Source of the DNA: Pseudomonadota bacterium | GTDB taxonomy: Bacteria; Pseudomonadota; Alphaproteobacteria; Rhizobiales; Rhizobiaceae | NCBI GenBank assembly: GCA_038525315.1 | Contig: JBCBHU010000003.1 | Coordinates: forward strand, 219,011-283,010 | Length of the DNA: 64,000 nt | Reading direction: 5' to 3' | In this document: positions 48,242 through 58,420 of the stretch, one piece after another | Position numbering within the stretch: position 1 is the stretch's first letter | How the letters are laid out: each line of letters opens with the position of its first letter | Program-made: the position numbers and the translations under genes | The notes under the pieces: generated by a model | What the model was told of the DNA's origin: nothing | The model's input: only the letters and a program-made list of their open reading frames with translations | Database searches by the model: none

Positions 48242-48991
48242 ATGATGCACACACCTGCCCGCACCCATGAAATGAGTTTAGAGCGCGCCCGACTGGCCGC
48301 CCGCCACGCGGCGCAGGCCCATTTGGATGCGCTGGATGAAGCGGAAAAGTCCAATGCACCCGGCAACGGCCTTGCCGTATTGACCTGGGGTGCCATGGCC
48401 ATGGCATGTTCACTGGCCGCCGCCGTCACCATCGCTTTGCCACTGGTAGACAGCGATTGGTTGGTGGGAAACAAACTCGCCCAAACGGAAACATCGAGCC
48501 TTGAGCGCACCGAATTTTCAAAACCGGCAGACCAGGCAATCAACAAACCATCCGTTTCTGACGACCTTTTAGCCCCGGCAGAACCAACACTGGAAGAACT
48601 GGCCGCCACAACACCGCCCCCCACGCCGCCAGCCAGCGAAGGAGCCAACATCCAATCCGATGAACCATTGGATCAAACAGTTGTTGCCGCCATTCGCCCC
48701 TCCGAAACCGTTTTCCGCCGGGACGAGCTTGCAAACCAAGCGCCACAAACCCCCCTCATCACACAAGATAGCCTGACGGTCTCCATTGCACTGCCCAAAA
48801 GCGCGGTAAGCATGGACATGCAACTGGCCGCCTTGAAGCGCCGCGCGCCGGGCCTTTTCAATGCCAAGGCGGTGGAAGCCAATGAAAACGGCAGCGCACT
48901 CAACGTGGGCCCCTTCACCTCTCCCGCCGAAATCGCCCGCTTCTGCCGCAACATCAAACTCTCCCTCACGCTGGATTGCAAAGCGGGCTGA
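48242..48991 (+). CDS. Hypothetical single-pass membrane protein with Pro/Thr-rich linker and SPOR-like C-terminal domain
   Basis: One hydrophobic segment (LAVLTWGAMAMACSLAAAVTIALPLV), a low-complexity linker, and C-terminal LNVGPFTSPAEIARFCRNIK...LDC resembling the SPOR GPF..A..FC motif. Confidence 0.6.
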   Translation: MMHTPARTHEMSLERARLAARHAAQAHLDALDEAEKSNAPGNGLAVLTWGAMAMACSLAAAVTIALPLVDSDWLVGNKLAQTETSSLERTEFSKPADQAINKPSVSDDLLAPAEPTLEELAATTPPPTPPASEGANIQSDEPLDQTVVAAIRPSETVFRRDELANQAPQTPLITQDSLTVSIALPKSAVSMDMQLAALKRRAPGLFNAKAVEANENGSALNVGPFTSPAEIARFCRNIKLSLTLDCKAG

Positions 48992-49059
48992 CGGCGACCT
49001 GATCACGGGCTAGAACAGGCACAAAGCCATCGGCACTTTGCCACGAAAGCCCCCTTTTT

Positions 49060-49992
49060 TTGACAACGACCAACAACACCGCCGCCACTGGAGAACGGGG
49101 TAAGGCTCTCGCCATCCTGTTCATCATGCCGCTGTTCTTTTCCTCCAACATCATCTTCGGCCGCGCGGCGGTGGATGAGGTGGAGCCTTTCACGCTGGCC
49201 TTTCTGCGCTGGGGCTTCACGGCCCTTTTGCTGGCCCCCTTTGCGCTGCCGCTGCTCAAAGGGCGCTCTGGCCACCTGCGCTCAATCACACCCACGCTCC
49301 TGCTTATGGGATTTATGGGCATGTGGGTTTGCGGCGCGCTGGTTTATCTGGCCCTTAAATACACAACAGCCACCAATGGCACGCTGATCTACACCTCATC
49401 GCCGGTCTTGATCATTCTCATCGAATGGCTCTTCAAAGGCCGCGCCATACGCTGGCGGGAGGGGTTTGGGGTCACAATCGCTTTTTTGGGCATCGTGGCC
49501 ATCGTGGTGCGCGGCTCGTGGGACAACCTCTTGGCCCTGCAATTCAATCTGGGCGATCTGATTTTTGTGGGCACCGCATTGAGTTGGGCCATCTATTCGG
49601 TGGGCCTGAAATCGAACCGGTTGCAGAGCCTGGGCACTTTGCCCCTGTTCATGGCCATTGCCGCCAGCGGCGCCTTACTGTTGGCCCCGTTCGCGGCCGC
49701 AGAAATTGTCTACACCAGGAACTTTCCCACCACGGGCAGTGCCTGGTTCAACATCACAGGCATCGTTTTCCTGGCGTCCCTGCTGGCCTTCAGCGCCTTC
49801 CAATACGGCGTGAAGGTGCTCGGCGCATCGCTGGCAGGCGTGTTTTTATATCTTCTGCCCGTCTACGGCGTGGGCCTCGCCATCGTCTTTTTGGGCGAAG
49901 AGCTTTTCGCCTTTCACATCTGGGGCATTGCGCTGGTGCTGGGCGGTGTGATTTTGGCTACCGTCCCCACGGGTCTGCTCAAAAAGCGCTAG
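49060..49992 (+). CDS. DMT/EamA family transporter
   Basis: About 10 TM helices; PFTLAFLRW, YTTATNGTLIYTSSP and LYLLPVYG motifs. Confidence 0.88.
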   Translation: MTTTNNTAATGERGKALAILFIMPLFFSSNIIFGRAAVDEVEPFTLAFLRWGFTALLLAPFALPLLKGRSGHLRSITPTLLLMGFMGMWVCGALVYLALKYTTATNGTLIYTSSPVLIILIEWLFKGRAIRWREGFGVTIAFLGIVAIVVRGSWDNLLALQFNLGDLIFVGTALSWAIYSVGLKSNRLQSLGTLPLFMAIAASGALLLAPFAAAEIVYTRNFPTTGSAWFNITGIVFLASLLAFSAFQYGVKVLGASLAGVFLYLLPVYGVGLAIVFLGEELFAFHIWGIALVLGGVILATVPTGLLKKR

Positions 49993-50750
49993 CCCACATT
50001 TTGCAGGGCAGGGAAAGTCTCCAGCAGGAAAAACGCGAAGCGCTCCATGCCGCCGGTCAAAAACAAGATGCCGGTGAGCACCAATAGCCCCCCCATCACT
50101 TTTTCTACGGACCCCAAATGCCGGCGAAAGCGGGACAGAAACTCCATAAACTGACTGGCAAACAGCGCCGCAATCATAAACGGCACTCCCAGCCCCAGCG
50201 AATAGACGCCCAGCATGGTCGCCCCCTGCCCCACCGTATCCTTGGCGCTGGCCAGCCCCAGGATCACGCCCAAAATCGGCCCGATACAGGGTGTCCAGCC
50301 AAAGGCAAACGCCAGGCCCATGACGAAAGACCCGGCAATGCTGGCTCCGCGCACAAGATCATCGGAAACCTGAAACCGCGCTTCGCGGTACAAAAGCCCG
50401 ATGCGAAAAACACCCAAAAAATGCAGCCCCATGGCGATAATCACGCCACCGGCAATCATGGACAAAATATCCTGGTTTTGACGAACCACCTGGGAAACGC
50501 TGGACGCCCCCGCCCCAAGCGCCACAAAAACAACGGTGAACCCGCCCACAAAAAAGGCGGCATTCACCAGCGCTTTGCGCCGCACACCAGTCTGGGCAGC
50601 CACCGTGCCATCGCGGTTTACCGTCATCTCGTCTAACGACACACCGGCAAGATAGGTCAGATAAGGGGGCACCAGGGGCAAGACGCAGGGCGATATGAAA
50701 GACAATAGCCCCGCAAAAAAGATCGCCGCCAATGTAAGCTCATCACCCAT
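49989..50750 (-). CDS. ccdA: Cytochrome c biogenesis CcdA/DsbD-type transmembrane protein
   Basis: GLLSFISPCVLPLVP, FAFGWTPCIGPIL and YSLGLGVPF motifs. Start ATG 50750. Confidence 0.92.
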   Translation of the reverse strand: MGDELTLAAIFFAGLLSFISPCVLPLVPPYLTYLAGVSLDEMTVNRDGTVAAQTGVRRKALVNAAFFVGGFTVVFVALGAGASSVSQVVRQNQDILSMIAGGVIIAMGLHFLGVFRIGLLYREARFQVSDDLVRGASIAGSFVMGLAFAFGWTPCIGPILGVILGLASAKDTVGQGATMLGVYSLGLGVPFMIAALFASQFMEFLSRFRRHLGSVEKVMGGLLVLTGILFLTGGMERFAFFLLETFPALQNVG

Positions 50751-50996
50751 AGTCGCTCTTTCACAGTCCCGTTCAATGCCCCGCGCTCTCACTGCGCCCC
50801 GGTAGCCTTACGCCTATATCCCGGTCAAACCCACTCACACCCTCTCACGGCTCCGTTAGCGTGGGCATGAGGCGGCAGGGGCCGCCCCAACGCCTGCCGG
50901 TTGTGCGGCTCTCAATGTAAATTGGGTGGGTCAACAGTGTCTGGATAAAAGTGACGCATGGTGTCAAAAAAACCTGCCCAGCCCCACCACAAACCG

Positions 50997-51025
50997 TTGA
51001 CGCGCCCCCGCATCTTGCCTAATCA
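50997..51025 (+). promoter_or_regulatory. Putative sigma70 promoter of tRNA-Lys-tgt
   Basis: TTGACG at 50997-51002 and a ctaat-containing -10 region ~16-17 nt downstream, about 27 nt before the tRNA. Confidence 0.45.
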
Positions 51026-51051
51026 CACGCTGTCTGGAGCGCACGCTCTGG

Positions 51052-51127
51052 GAGCCCTTAGCTCAGTTGGTAGAGCGCCTCACTTTTAATGAGGATGTCC
51101 ACGGTTCGAGTCCGTGAGGGCTCACCA
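51052..51127 (+). tRNA. tRNA-Lys (anticodon UUU)
   Basis: Folded by hand: acceptor GAGCCCT/AGGGCTC, D arm GCTC-AGTTGGTA-GAGC, anticodon arm CCTCA-CTTTTAA-TGAGG, T arm CACGG-TTCGAGT-CCGTG, encoded ACCA; 76 nt. Confidence 0.97.
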
Positions 51128-51157
51128 TTTTCTCGCAAATTTCGGGTAACGATCATC

Positions 51158-52327
51158 ATGGTGGACCAAACGCCGGAGCGTGATCGCACGTCTGCTTCCT
51201 TCACCTTTACCCTGCACACCACCGATGGCGCGGCCCGCCGCGGCGCGCTTTCCATGCCCCGCGGCACCATTCGCACCCCCGCCTACATGCCCGTGGGCAC
51301 GGCTGGCACCGTCAAAGCCATGTATATGGATCAGGTGCGGGATCTGGGTGCGGATGTGATCCTTGGAAACACCTATCACTTGATGCTGCGCCCCGGCGCC
51401 GAGCGCGTGGCCAAACTGGGCGGGCTTCACGAATTTGCCCGCTGGCCTCACCCCATCCTCACCGATTCCGGTGGCTTTCAGGTCATGTCACTCTCCGCCC
51501 TGCGCAAAATGAGCGAAAAGGGCGTCACGTTCAAAAGCCATATCGACGGCGCGAAGTTTGAAATGTCGCCGGAGCGCTCCATCGAAATTCAGGCCTTGCT
51601 GGACAGCGACATCCAAATGCAGCTGGACGAATGCATCGCCCTGCCCGCGGCGCGTGACGAACAGCAGCGCGCCATGGAGCTTTCGCTACGCTGGGCAGAA
51701 CGGTGCAAAACGGCTTTCCACAGCCAAAGCGACCACCAAGCCCGCGCCCTTTTTGGCATTGTCCAGGGCGGCGATCAAGTGGATTTGCGCATCCAGTCCG
51801 CCCAGGCGCTCAAGGCCATGGACCTGAGAGGATATTCCATCGGCGGCCTGGCCGTTGGTGAACCGCAGGACGTGATGCTGGATATGCTCACCGCAACATG
51901 CCCTGAACTACCGGAAGAAAAGCCGCGCTATCTGATGGGCGTAGGCACGCCCGATGATATGCTTAAATCCATCGCGCGGGGGGTGGACATGTTCGATTGC
52001 GTCATGCCCACCCGTGCGGGCCGCCACGGGCAGGCCTTCACCCGTTTCGGCAAAATCAACCTGCGCAATGCCCGCCACGCCGAAGACCCCCGCCCGCTGG
52101 ACGAGCAATCCACATGCCCGGCGGCCCGCGACTATAGCCGCGCCTATCTGCACCACCTCGTGCGCGCCAACGAGAGCCTGGGCGGCATGCTGCTCACATG
52201 GGTAAATTTGGCCTATTATCAAGACCTTATGGATGGCGCGCGCAGGGCAATCGAGGCGAAGCGCTATACCGATTACATGGCTGAAACCGCGTCCGGTTGG
52301 GAAAAGGGCGATCTACCAGCGCTTTAG
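51158..52327 (+). CDS. tgt: tRNA-guanine transglycosylase (queuine tRNA-ribosyltransferase)
   Basis: [50 protein letters not shown] and zinc-site [15 protein letters not shown] motifs. Start ATG 51158. Confidence 0.97.
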   Translation: MVDQTPERDRTSASFTFTLHTTDGAARRGALSMPRGTIRTPAYMPVGTAGTVKAMYMDQVRDLGADVILGNTYHLMLRPGAERVAKLGGLHEFARWPHPILTDSGGFQVMSLSALRKMSEKGVTFKSHIDGAKFEMSPERSIEIQALLDSDIQMQLDECIALPAARDEQQRAMELSLRWAERCKTAFHSQSDHQARALFGIVQGGDQVDLRIQSAQALKAMDLRGYSIGGLAVGEPQDVMLDMLTATCPELPEEKPRYLMGVGTPDDMLKSIARGVDMFDCVMPTRAGRHGQAFTRFGKINLRNARHAEDPRPLDEQSTCPAARDYSRAYLHHLVRANESLGGMLLTWVNLAYYQDLMDGARRAIEAKRYTDYMAETASGWEKGDLPAL

Positions 52328-52371
52328 CAATCGCCCTTCCCGCCAAATACCGAACATTGAGACAAGAAAAC

Positions 52372-52407
52372 AAAAAGGCCGTGTCGGGGCTTTCCCAACA
52401 CGGCCTT
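52372..52407 (-). terminator. Rho-independent terminator (serves the minus-strand CARDB gene, possibly bidirectional)
   Basis: aaaaaggccgtgt-cggggctttccca-acacggcctt hairpin with an A-tract on the left. Confidence 0.7.
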
Positions 52408-52592
52408 GCTCGTTTTACGATATCCAAAGTGGCAAGGCATTCATTGAAAGATCAAAACCCTGCCAACAGGCAAAGGCGGTGCCCAAGGAACTTTACGTCC
52501 CATTCAAACCGAAAACCGCCGCTTCTTTTACGGCAAAGCACAGTCCGCGTGTGCGATTTTCGATAGGTCCCGTTTCGCTCTGAACGGGCTTT

Positions 52593-53957
52593 TTAACTGG
52601 CCCAGCCGAAACCTCCAACGCCACCAAGCCATTCGGAATAGGGAAGGCTTTCAAATGTGGCGAATGCGCCGAGGTCTGCATACCAACCCAGATACCAACC
52701 CATATTCCAGCCGACGCTCCATGCGCTTCCGTCAAAATACCAGCCCATGTTCCATCCCATGGACCAGCCATAGTCATAGTGCCAACCCCAGCCCGTGCCG
52801 GTCAGTTTTCCGGGGCTCAGTTCAGGCCCTTTCGCGATACGCCCGTAATTGTTGCCCTGTCCGATGCCGGCACCCAGACCGGTATTGGCCCAACCGTAAT
52901 AAGTGGCACCGCCCCAGCCCCAACCGCCGTTCATTCTGCCTTCGGCATACATCAAATCGCCGAGTTGGCTATGATAGGTGGTGTAGGTCACTTCGCCCCA
53001 GCCGTAATACCAGCCAAAATCATTATACCAGCCAAAATACCAACCGACATTCCAACCATAGAGCCAAGCGGAACCGTCGAAATACCAGCCCAGGTTCCAG
53101 CCTATACCCCACCCATATTCCAGGTGCGAGCCATTATACCAACCCAGCGCAACTGTCTCCGTTTCGATGGCAACGGTCTCAACCTGGTAATACCAGCCCG
53201 TAAATGTCCCCTGATCATAGGGATCATTGACGCTGCCCTGATCGACATATTGGACAGGGGCATCTTCGTTATTGGATGTGTTTTGTTCGTTCTCCCCATA
53301 CAAATAGGCTTTCAGGTAGAACGTCTCTCCTTCAAAGTTGTCATAGGTGTATAGCGTGCCGGTAATACTCCCACTTTCGCCGGGATCAACACTTTCAATG
53401 CTCTCAGAATCGCTGTTGTTGCTGCCAATGGTCCCATCGCCGGCCCGTATGCCCCCATGGCCTTCAATCGCAGCACCGCCCACATTGGTGTAATTGATCG
53501 TGTAACCAATCTCACCGGTGCTTTCGTAGTTGGAATAATCATACACAACACTGTCGAGCTGAAGATCGCCGTACAGGGCCGGATTGTTGTTGATCGTAAA
53601 TTCCACGCCAGACGACGCGTTGTTCATCTCATCGCTTTCCGCGATGCGATTGTCACCATCAACGATTGCGAAAATGTAGTATTCACCCTGAATAACGTTA
53701 TTTGACGGATAAATATAAAAATTGTCCGTACGCGAACTACCGGCGTTAATGCTGCTCAGATAGTCTTCGCCGATAAACGTGTCGTTTATATCAAGGATAT
53801 TGTCATCAGAGATATAATAGTGGGTGCGCGTATTACTGGCGGTTTCATCGCCGTTATTGGCAACTTCGATCTCAATATTGATCTCGCCTCCACCGGTAAA
53901 CGTCGTGGTCCATGAGGAATCGATGTTGATACTGGTAATGCTAAGGTCGATAGCCAT
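52593..53957 (-). CDS. Hypothetical protein: two CARDB-like Ig domains + Gly/Trp/Tyr-rich repeat C-terminal domain
   Basis: GGAGG RBS 7 nt before ATG 53957. CARDB hallmarks DLSITSI, EVANNGD, YYISDD, GEYYIFAIVDGDNRIAESDEMNN, and a second DLQLDSV...TNVG...ENEQNTSNN unit. C-terminal ~205 aa contain 25 Trp. Confidence 0.8.
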   Translation of the reverse strand: MAIDLSITSINIDSSWTTTFTGGGEINIEIEVANNGDETASNTRTHYYISDDNILDINDTFIGEDYLSSINAGSSRTDNFYIYPSNNVIQGEYYIFAIVDGDNRIAESDEMNNASSGVEFTINNNPALYGDLQLDSVVYDYSNYESTGEIGYTINYTNVGGAAIEGHGGIRAGDGTIGSNNSDSESIESVDPGESGSITGTLYTYDNFEGETFYLKAYLYGENEQNTSNNEDAPVQYVDQGSVNDPYDQGTFTGWYYQVETVAIETETVALGWYNGSHLEYGWGIGWNLGWYFDGSAWLYGWNVGWYFGWYNDFGWYYGWGEVTYTTYHSQLGDLMYAEGRMNGGWGWGGATYYGWANTGLGAGIGQGNNYGRIAKGPELSPGKLTGTGWGWHYDYGWSMGWNMGWYFDGSAWSVGWNMGWYLGWYADLGAFATFESLPYSEWLGGVGGFGWAS

Positions 53958-54259
53958 GGCTAACCCCTCCAAGGTTGTGACGTCGGCGGCATAAACGCCG
54001 TTGGCACGTCGCTTTGATTTTCAACCTGCTGATGAATTACGCCCCAGCCCCATCAACCAAGCTGGTTTACTTGCCCCAGCGCGCCCCCGCGACCCCGTGC
54101 AAAATAAGGTGTTGGCCGCGCATGACGGGTCACCTACGCGCAGGAGAGTAGCGAAAAAATGAGAATGCACAATGCTTTAGCGACAAAAGTGCGACATTTG
54201 CGTATATTGAAGGCCTAATGTGTTCGATGGGCCACTAGGGTCATCTGAGGAAAACCGCC

Positions 54260-54877
54260 ATGACCGACCTTCCCACCCTGCTCACCTTCATCGCCGCCAG
54301 CGTTGCGATACTGGTCGTTCCGGGGCCGACAGTAACTTTGATTGTCGCCAACAGTCTGCGCTTTGGCACCAAAGCAGGCATGCTCAATATTGCGGGAACT
54401 CAATTCGGCCTGACGCTCATGCTCCTGATCCTCGCCCTGGGTTTTGAGGCCGTCGCCGCCTTTTTGGCAGAAATGTTCGAGTGGCTCCGCCTGGTGGGGG
54501 CGGCATACCTCATTTGGCTGGGCTACAAACTGTTGCGGGCCGATGGGACGCTGGGCAGCGCCGAGGAGGCCGTAAAACCCCGCTCGAACACGGGGTTTTT
54601 CATGCAGGGTTTCGGCGTTATTCTGTCCAACCCGAAGGTCCTGTTTTTCTTCGGTGCTTTCCTGCCCCAATTCATCGATCCCGCCGGGAGCGCGGCCTTG
54701 CAAACCCTGTTCTTCGGCTTCCTCTTCATGGCGCTGGCCACGGTGCTGGATGGTGCCTACGCCCTTGCCGCTGGCCGGGCGGGCGGCCTGTTGACGCGGC
54801 GCAATGTGCGGGCGGTGGAAGTTGGCGGCGGCAGCCTTTTGGTGGGCGGCGGTCTGTGGATGGCGCTTTCGCGCTAA
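54260..54877 (+). CDS. LysE/RhtB family translocator
   Basis: LVVPGPTVTLIV, GAAYLIWLG and ILSNPKVLFFFGAFLPQFI motifs. Confidence 0.92.
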   Translation: MTDLPTLLTFIAASVAILVVPGPTVTLIVANSLRFGTKAGMLNIAGTQFGLTLMLLILALGFEAVAAFLAEMFEWLRLVGAAYLIWLGYKLLRADGTLGSAEEAVKPRSNTGFFMQGFGVILSNPKVLFFFGAFLPQFIDPAGSAALQTLFFGFLFMALATVLDGAYALAAGRAGGLLTRRNVRAVEVGGGSLLVGGGLWMALSR

Positions 54878-54997
54878 TAGGGTCGCGCCGGTCACATCAA
54901 CAAACGCTGCTCACTGCACTACCGAGGCGGGGCTGCCGCAGCCTTGGACTATGACCTTGATATTGCCAATTGGGCCCCTTCCGCCTATGCCCCTGCC

Positions 54998-55483
54998 ATG
55001 GAAAAGCGCGCTTTTTACCCCGGCTCCTTTGACCCGTTTACGAACGGCCACTTTGATATTTTGCTGCAAACACTGGGCTTTGCAGACCATGTGGTGGTGG
55101 CCGTCGGCGTCCATTCCGCCAAAGCGGGCCTGTTCACCTATGAAGAGCGCAAGGGTTTAGTAGAACAAATCGTACCGGAGGGTTTGCGGGAGCGGGTTTC
55201 AGTCACCTCCTTCAATAATCTCACCATCGAAGCAGCGCGGGCGAACAAGTGCACCATGATGGTGCGCGGCCTGCGCGACGGAAGTGATCTGGATTATGAG
55301 ATGCAACTGGCCGGCATGAACGGCGCCATGGATGGTGGCCTGCAAACGATCTTTTTGCCCGCTTCCCCGGACACCAGGCCCATCACCGCCACACTTGTGC
55401 GCCAGATTGCGGCCATGGGCGGGGACGTGACCCCCTTTGTGCCGGAACCGGTGGCACAAGCCCTCGTTGGAAAACACACCTAG
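54998..55483 (+). CDS. coaD: Pantetheine-phosphate adenylyltransferase
   Basis: AFYPGSFDPFTNGH (HxGH-type), MVRGLRDGSDLDYE and ITATLVRQIA motifs. Start ATG 54998. Confidence 0.96.
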   Translation: MEKRAFYPGSFDPFTNGHFDILLQTLGFADHVVVAVGVHSAKAGLFTYEERKGLVEQIVPEGLRERVSVTSFNNLTIEAARANKCTMMVRGLRDGSDLDYEMQLAGMNGAMDGGLQTIFLPASPDTRPITATLVRQIAAMGGDVTPFVPEPVAQALVGKHT

Positions 55484-55504
55484 AAACCGATTTTCGGAGA
55501 CATT

Positions 55505-56047
55505 ATGCGCATTTTGAAAACACTGGCGCTGGGCATGGCCCTCGCCGCCGCCGCGACCGCCGCCTGGGCGGAAGATAAGGCCAATATCCTGCTGATGGAT
55601 ACCAAAAACGGCCAAATCACCATTGAATTGAACACCGAGGGCGCGCCCAACCACGCCCAGCGCCTCAAACGCCTGGCCAATGAGGGCTTTTACGATGGGC
55701 TCAATTTCCACCGCGTGATCCCCGGCTTTATGGCCCAAACCGGTGACCCCAACGGCAACGGCACAGGGGGTTCCAGCCTGCCGGACCTGAAGGCTGAGTT
55801 TACAAATACCCCGTTCCAGCGCGGCACTGTGGGCATGGCCCGTGCGCAAAATCCCGATAGCGCCAACAGCCAGTTTTTCATCATGTTCGCCCCCGCTCCG
55901 CACCTAAACGGCCAATATACCGTGGTGGGTCAGGTGACGGACGGTATGGAAGCTGTGGATGCCATTAAAAAAGGTAGCCGCGCCGCCAACGGTGCCATAT
56001 CCGGTGAACCCGACAAAATCGTCAAAATGCGCACAGCTGACCAATAG
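55505..56047 (+). CDS. Cyclophilin-type peptidyl-prolyl cis-trans isomerase, exported
   Basis: Signal peptide (…AAWA), FYDGLNFHRVIPGFMAQTGDP, GMARAQNPDSANSQFFI and LNGQYTVVG motifs. Confidence 0.95.
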   Translation: MRILKTLALGMALAAAATAAWAEDKANILLMDTKNGQITIELNTEGAPNHAQRLKRLANEGFYDGLNFHRVIPGFMAQTGDPNGNGTGGSSLPDLKAEFTNTPFQRGTVGMARAQNPDSANSQFFIMFAPAPHLNGQYTVVGQVTDGMEAVDAIKKGSRAANGAISGEPDKIVKMRTADQ

Positions 56048-56070
56048 AATTTTGCCTGAAGGAAAAGCAC

Positions 56071-56544
<474 letters not shown>

Positions 56545-56566
56545 GGCGGTCCACACCAACTCCGAG

Positions 56567-56601
56567 AGGCGGGTTCTTACACCAAAGAGCCCGCCTTTTT
56601 T
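56567..56601 (+). terminator. Rho-independent terminator between ppi and queA
   Basis: aggcgggttctt-acacca-aagagcccgcct followed by tttttg. Confidence 0.75.
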
Positions 56602-56617
56602 GTGGGAGATATGATCC

Positions 56618-57667
56618 ATGAAAGTCGATGAATTTGACTTTGACCTGCCGGAAGAGCGCATTGCCCTGCGCCCCGTCTCCCTCCGCCACAGCGCCAAATT
56701 ATTGCACGTCAACGGCCCCCACGCGGCGCTGGAGGACCGAACGGTTCTGGACCTGCCGAACCTGCTTCAGCCCGGCGATGCGCTGGTTTTCAACGACACC
56801 CGCGTTATCCCCGCCCAGTTGGAGGGGACGCGTTCCCGCGGCGATGCCGTGGCAAAAGTCGGCGCAACGCTGCACATGCGAACCGCGCCGGACGTGTGGA
56901 AAGCCTTCGTGCGCGGAGCCAAGAAGCTGAAAATTGGCGAAAACGTCACTTTCAGCGACCATCTGAACGCAACGGTTCTTGCCAAGGCCAAAGGCGGTGA
57001 AGTGACGTTTCGGTTCAACCGCAGCGGTCCCGACCTCGACGCAGCCCTCGTCCAATGCGGCCACATCCCCCTGCCCCCCTATATCGCCCTTAAACGGGGG
57101 GAGGACGAACGGGATCGGACGGATTATCAAACCATCTACGCCCGCGAAGATGGGGCCGTGGCCGCCCCCACAGCCGGCCTGCATTTCACCGATGAACTGT
57201 TCGCCGCCCTCGATGCGCGCGGTATCCAGCGCCATTTCGTGACCCTTCATGTGGGGGCCGGCACATTTTTGCCGGTGAAAGCCGACGACACAGACGACCA
57301 CAAAATGCATGAAGAGCGCGGCTCAATCAGCGCCAAGACGGCGCAGGCGCTCAACGACGTTCGGGCAAAGGGTAATCGTCTCATTGCCGTCGGCACCACT
57401 TCGCTACGCCTGCTGGAGAGCGCCGTGGCCGATGACGGCAGCTTTTCCCCTTGGGAAGGCAGCACGGATATTTTCATCACGCCCGGCTACCGTTTCAAAG
57501 CGATCGACGCCCTGATGACCAACTTCCACCTGCCCCGCTCCACCCTTTTCATGTTGGTGAGCGCTCTGGCCGGCACGGCGCAGATGAAAGCGGCGTATGC
57601 CCATGCCATCCAAAACCACTACCGCTTTTACAGCTACGGCGACTCCTCATTGCTTTGGCCTGCCTGA
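56618..57667 (+). CDS. queA: S-adenosylmethionine:tRNA ribosyltransferase-isomerase
   Basis: [62 protein letters not shown] and YRFYSYGD motifs. Confidence 0.98.
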   Translation: MKVDEFDFDLPEERIALRPVSLRHSAKLLHVNGPHAALEDRTVLDLPNLLQPGDALVFNDTRVIPAQLEGTRSRGDAVAKVGATLHMRTAPDVWKAFVRGAKKLKIGENVTFSDHLNATVLAKAKGGEVTFRFNRSGPDLDAALVQCGHIPLPPYIALKRGEDERDRTDYQTIYAREDGAVAAPTAGLHFTDELFAALDARGIQRHFVTLHVGAGTFLPVKADDTDDHKMHEERGSISAKTAQALNDVRAKGNRLIAVGTTSLRLLESAVADDGSFSPWEGSTDIFITPGYRFKAIDALMTNFHLPRSTLFMLVSALAGTAQMKAAYAHAIQNHYRFYSYGDSSLLWPA

Positions 57668-57804
57668 ACATTCAGCGCATAAAAGGTGTTGCGGCATAGA
57701 AAGCCCACGCACCACAAAACCTTTTGTCGCATTGCGCCGTTACTCCTTTACCGTGTCACATCGGCACAAGCCGCATCCTGCGGTTGCAAACAAGGAGACG
57801 ATCC

Positions 57805-58245
57805 ATGGTGCTCAAACCCCTTACCGCCGCTGCAATGCTGGCCACCGCCCTCACCCTCACGCCCGCAACCGTATCCGCGCAAGACGTTCCCGCCGCCAAA
57901 TTGCAACAATTGCAAATGGTCATCGACAATCAAATAACCGCCTTTCGCACCCAAAAACACGACCAGGCTTTCAGCTACGCCGCACCGCGCCTGCAAACCA
58001 TATTTGGGTCCACCGAGCGTTTCATCGGCATGGTGAAAAGCGGTTACGGCGCCATCTACGGTGCAAGGAATTGGCAATTTGGACGTTCACGCCAAAACGG
58101 CACCAGCGAAGTGTGGCAAGAAGTGCGCCTCACCGGCCCCCAAGGCCGCGACTGGGTCGCCCTTTATACGATGCGCCAGATGAAAGACGGCACGTGGCGG
58201 ATAGCGGGCGTGCAGATCAAAAAGGCCGAGGAGTTGTCGACTTAA
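57805..58245 (+). CDS. DUF4864 family secreted protein
   Basis: GGAG RBS, signal peptide, VIDNQITAFR...AFSYAAP...FGSTERFIGMVKSGY...ALYTMRQMKDGTWRIAGV. Confidence 0.75.
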   Translation: MVLKPLTAAAMLATALTLTPATVSAQDVPAAKLQQLQMVIDNQITAFRTQKHDQAFSYAAPRLQTIFGSTERFIGMVKSGYGAIYGARNWQFGRSRQNGTSEVWQEVRLTGPQGRDWVALYTMRQMKDGTWRIAGVQIKKAEELST

Positions 58246-58420
58246 AGTTGGCCGGGTCGTCTTTTCCGAGGCGAAGGCCCGCAATTGAGGACTTTACTAC
58301 CCACCACATATTTGCCATGCAAGCCCAAGTAAGTGGGTAGATCAGGCCACCGGAATCTCAATGATATCGTTGTCAACGTACACATCTGTAGAAATTAGAT
58401 TGGGATAAGTATAAATAAAA

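Noticed and set aside
52655-53203. GW-rich repeats as a CRISPR array or RiPP precursor cluster
   Set aside because: The repeats are codon-level (synonymous differences between copies) inside one ORF, with no constant repeat/spacer pattern, no cas genes and no modifying enzymes nearby.
53958-54259. c-di-GMP or other riboswitch upstream of the CARDB gene
   Set aside because: A hairpin exists (gacgt-cggcg...cgccg...acgtc, ~53979-54010), but the c-di-GMP-I/II consensus motifs are absent; there is not enough to call an RNA element.
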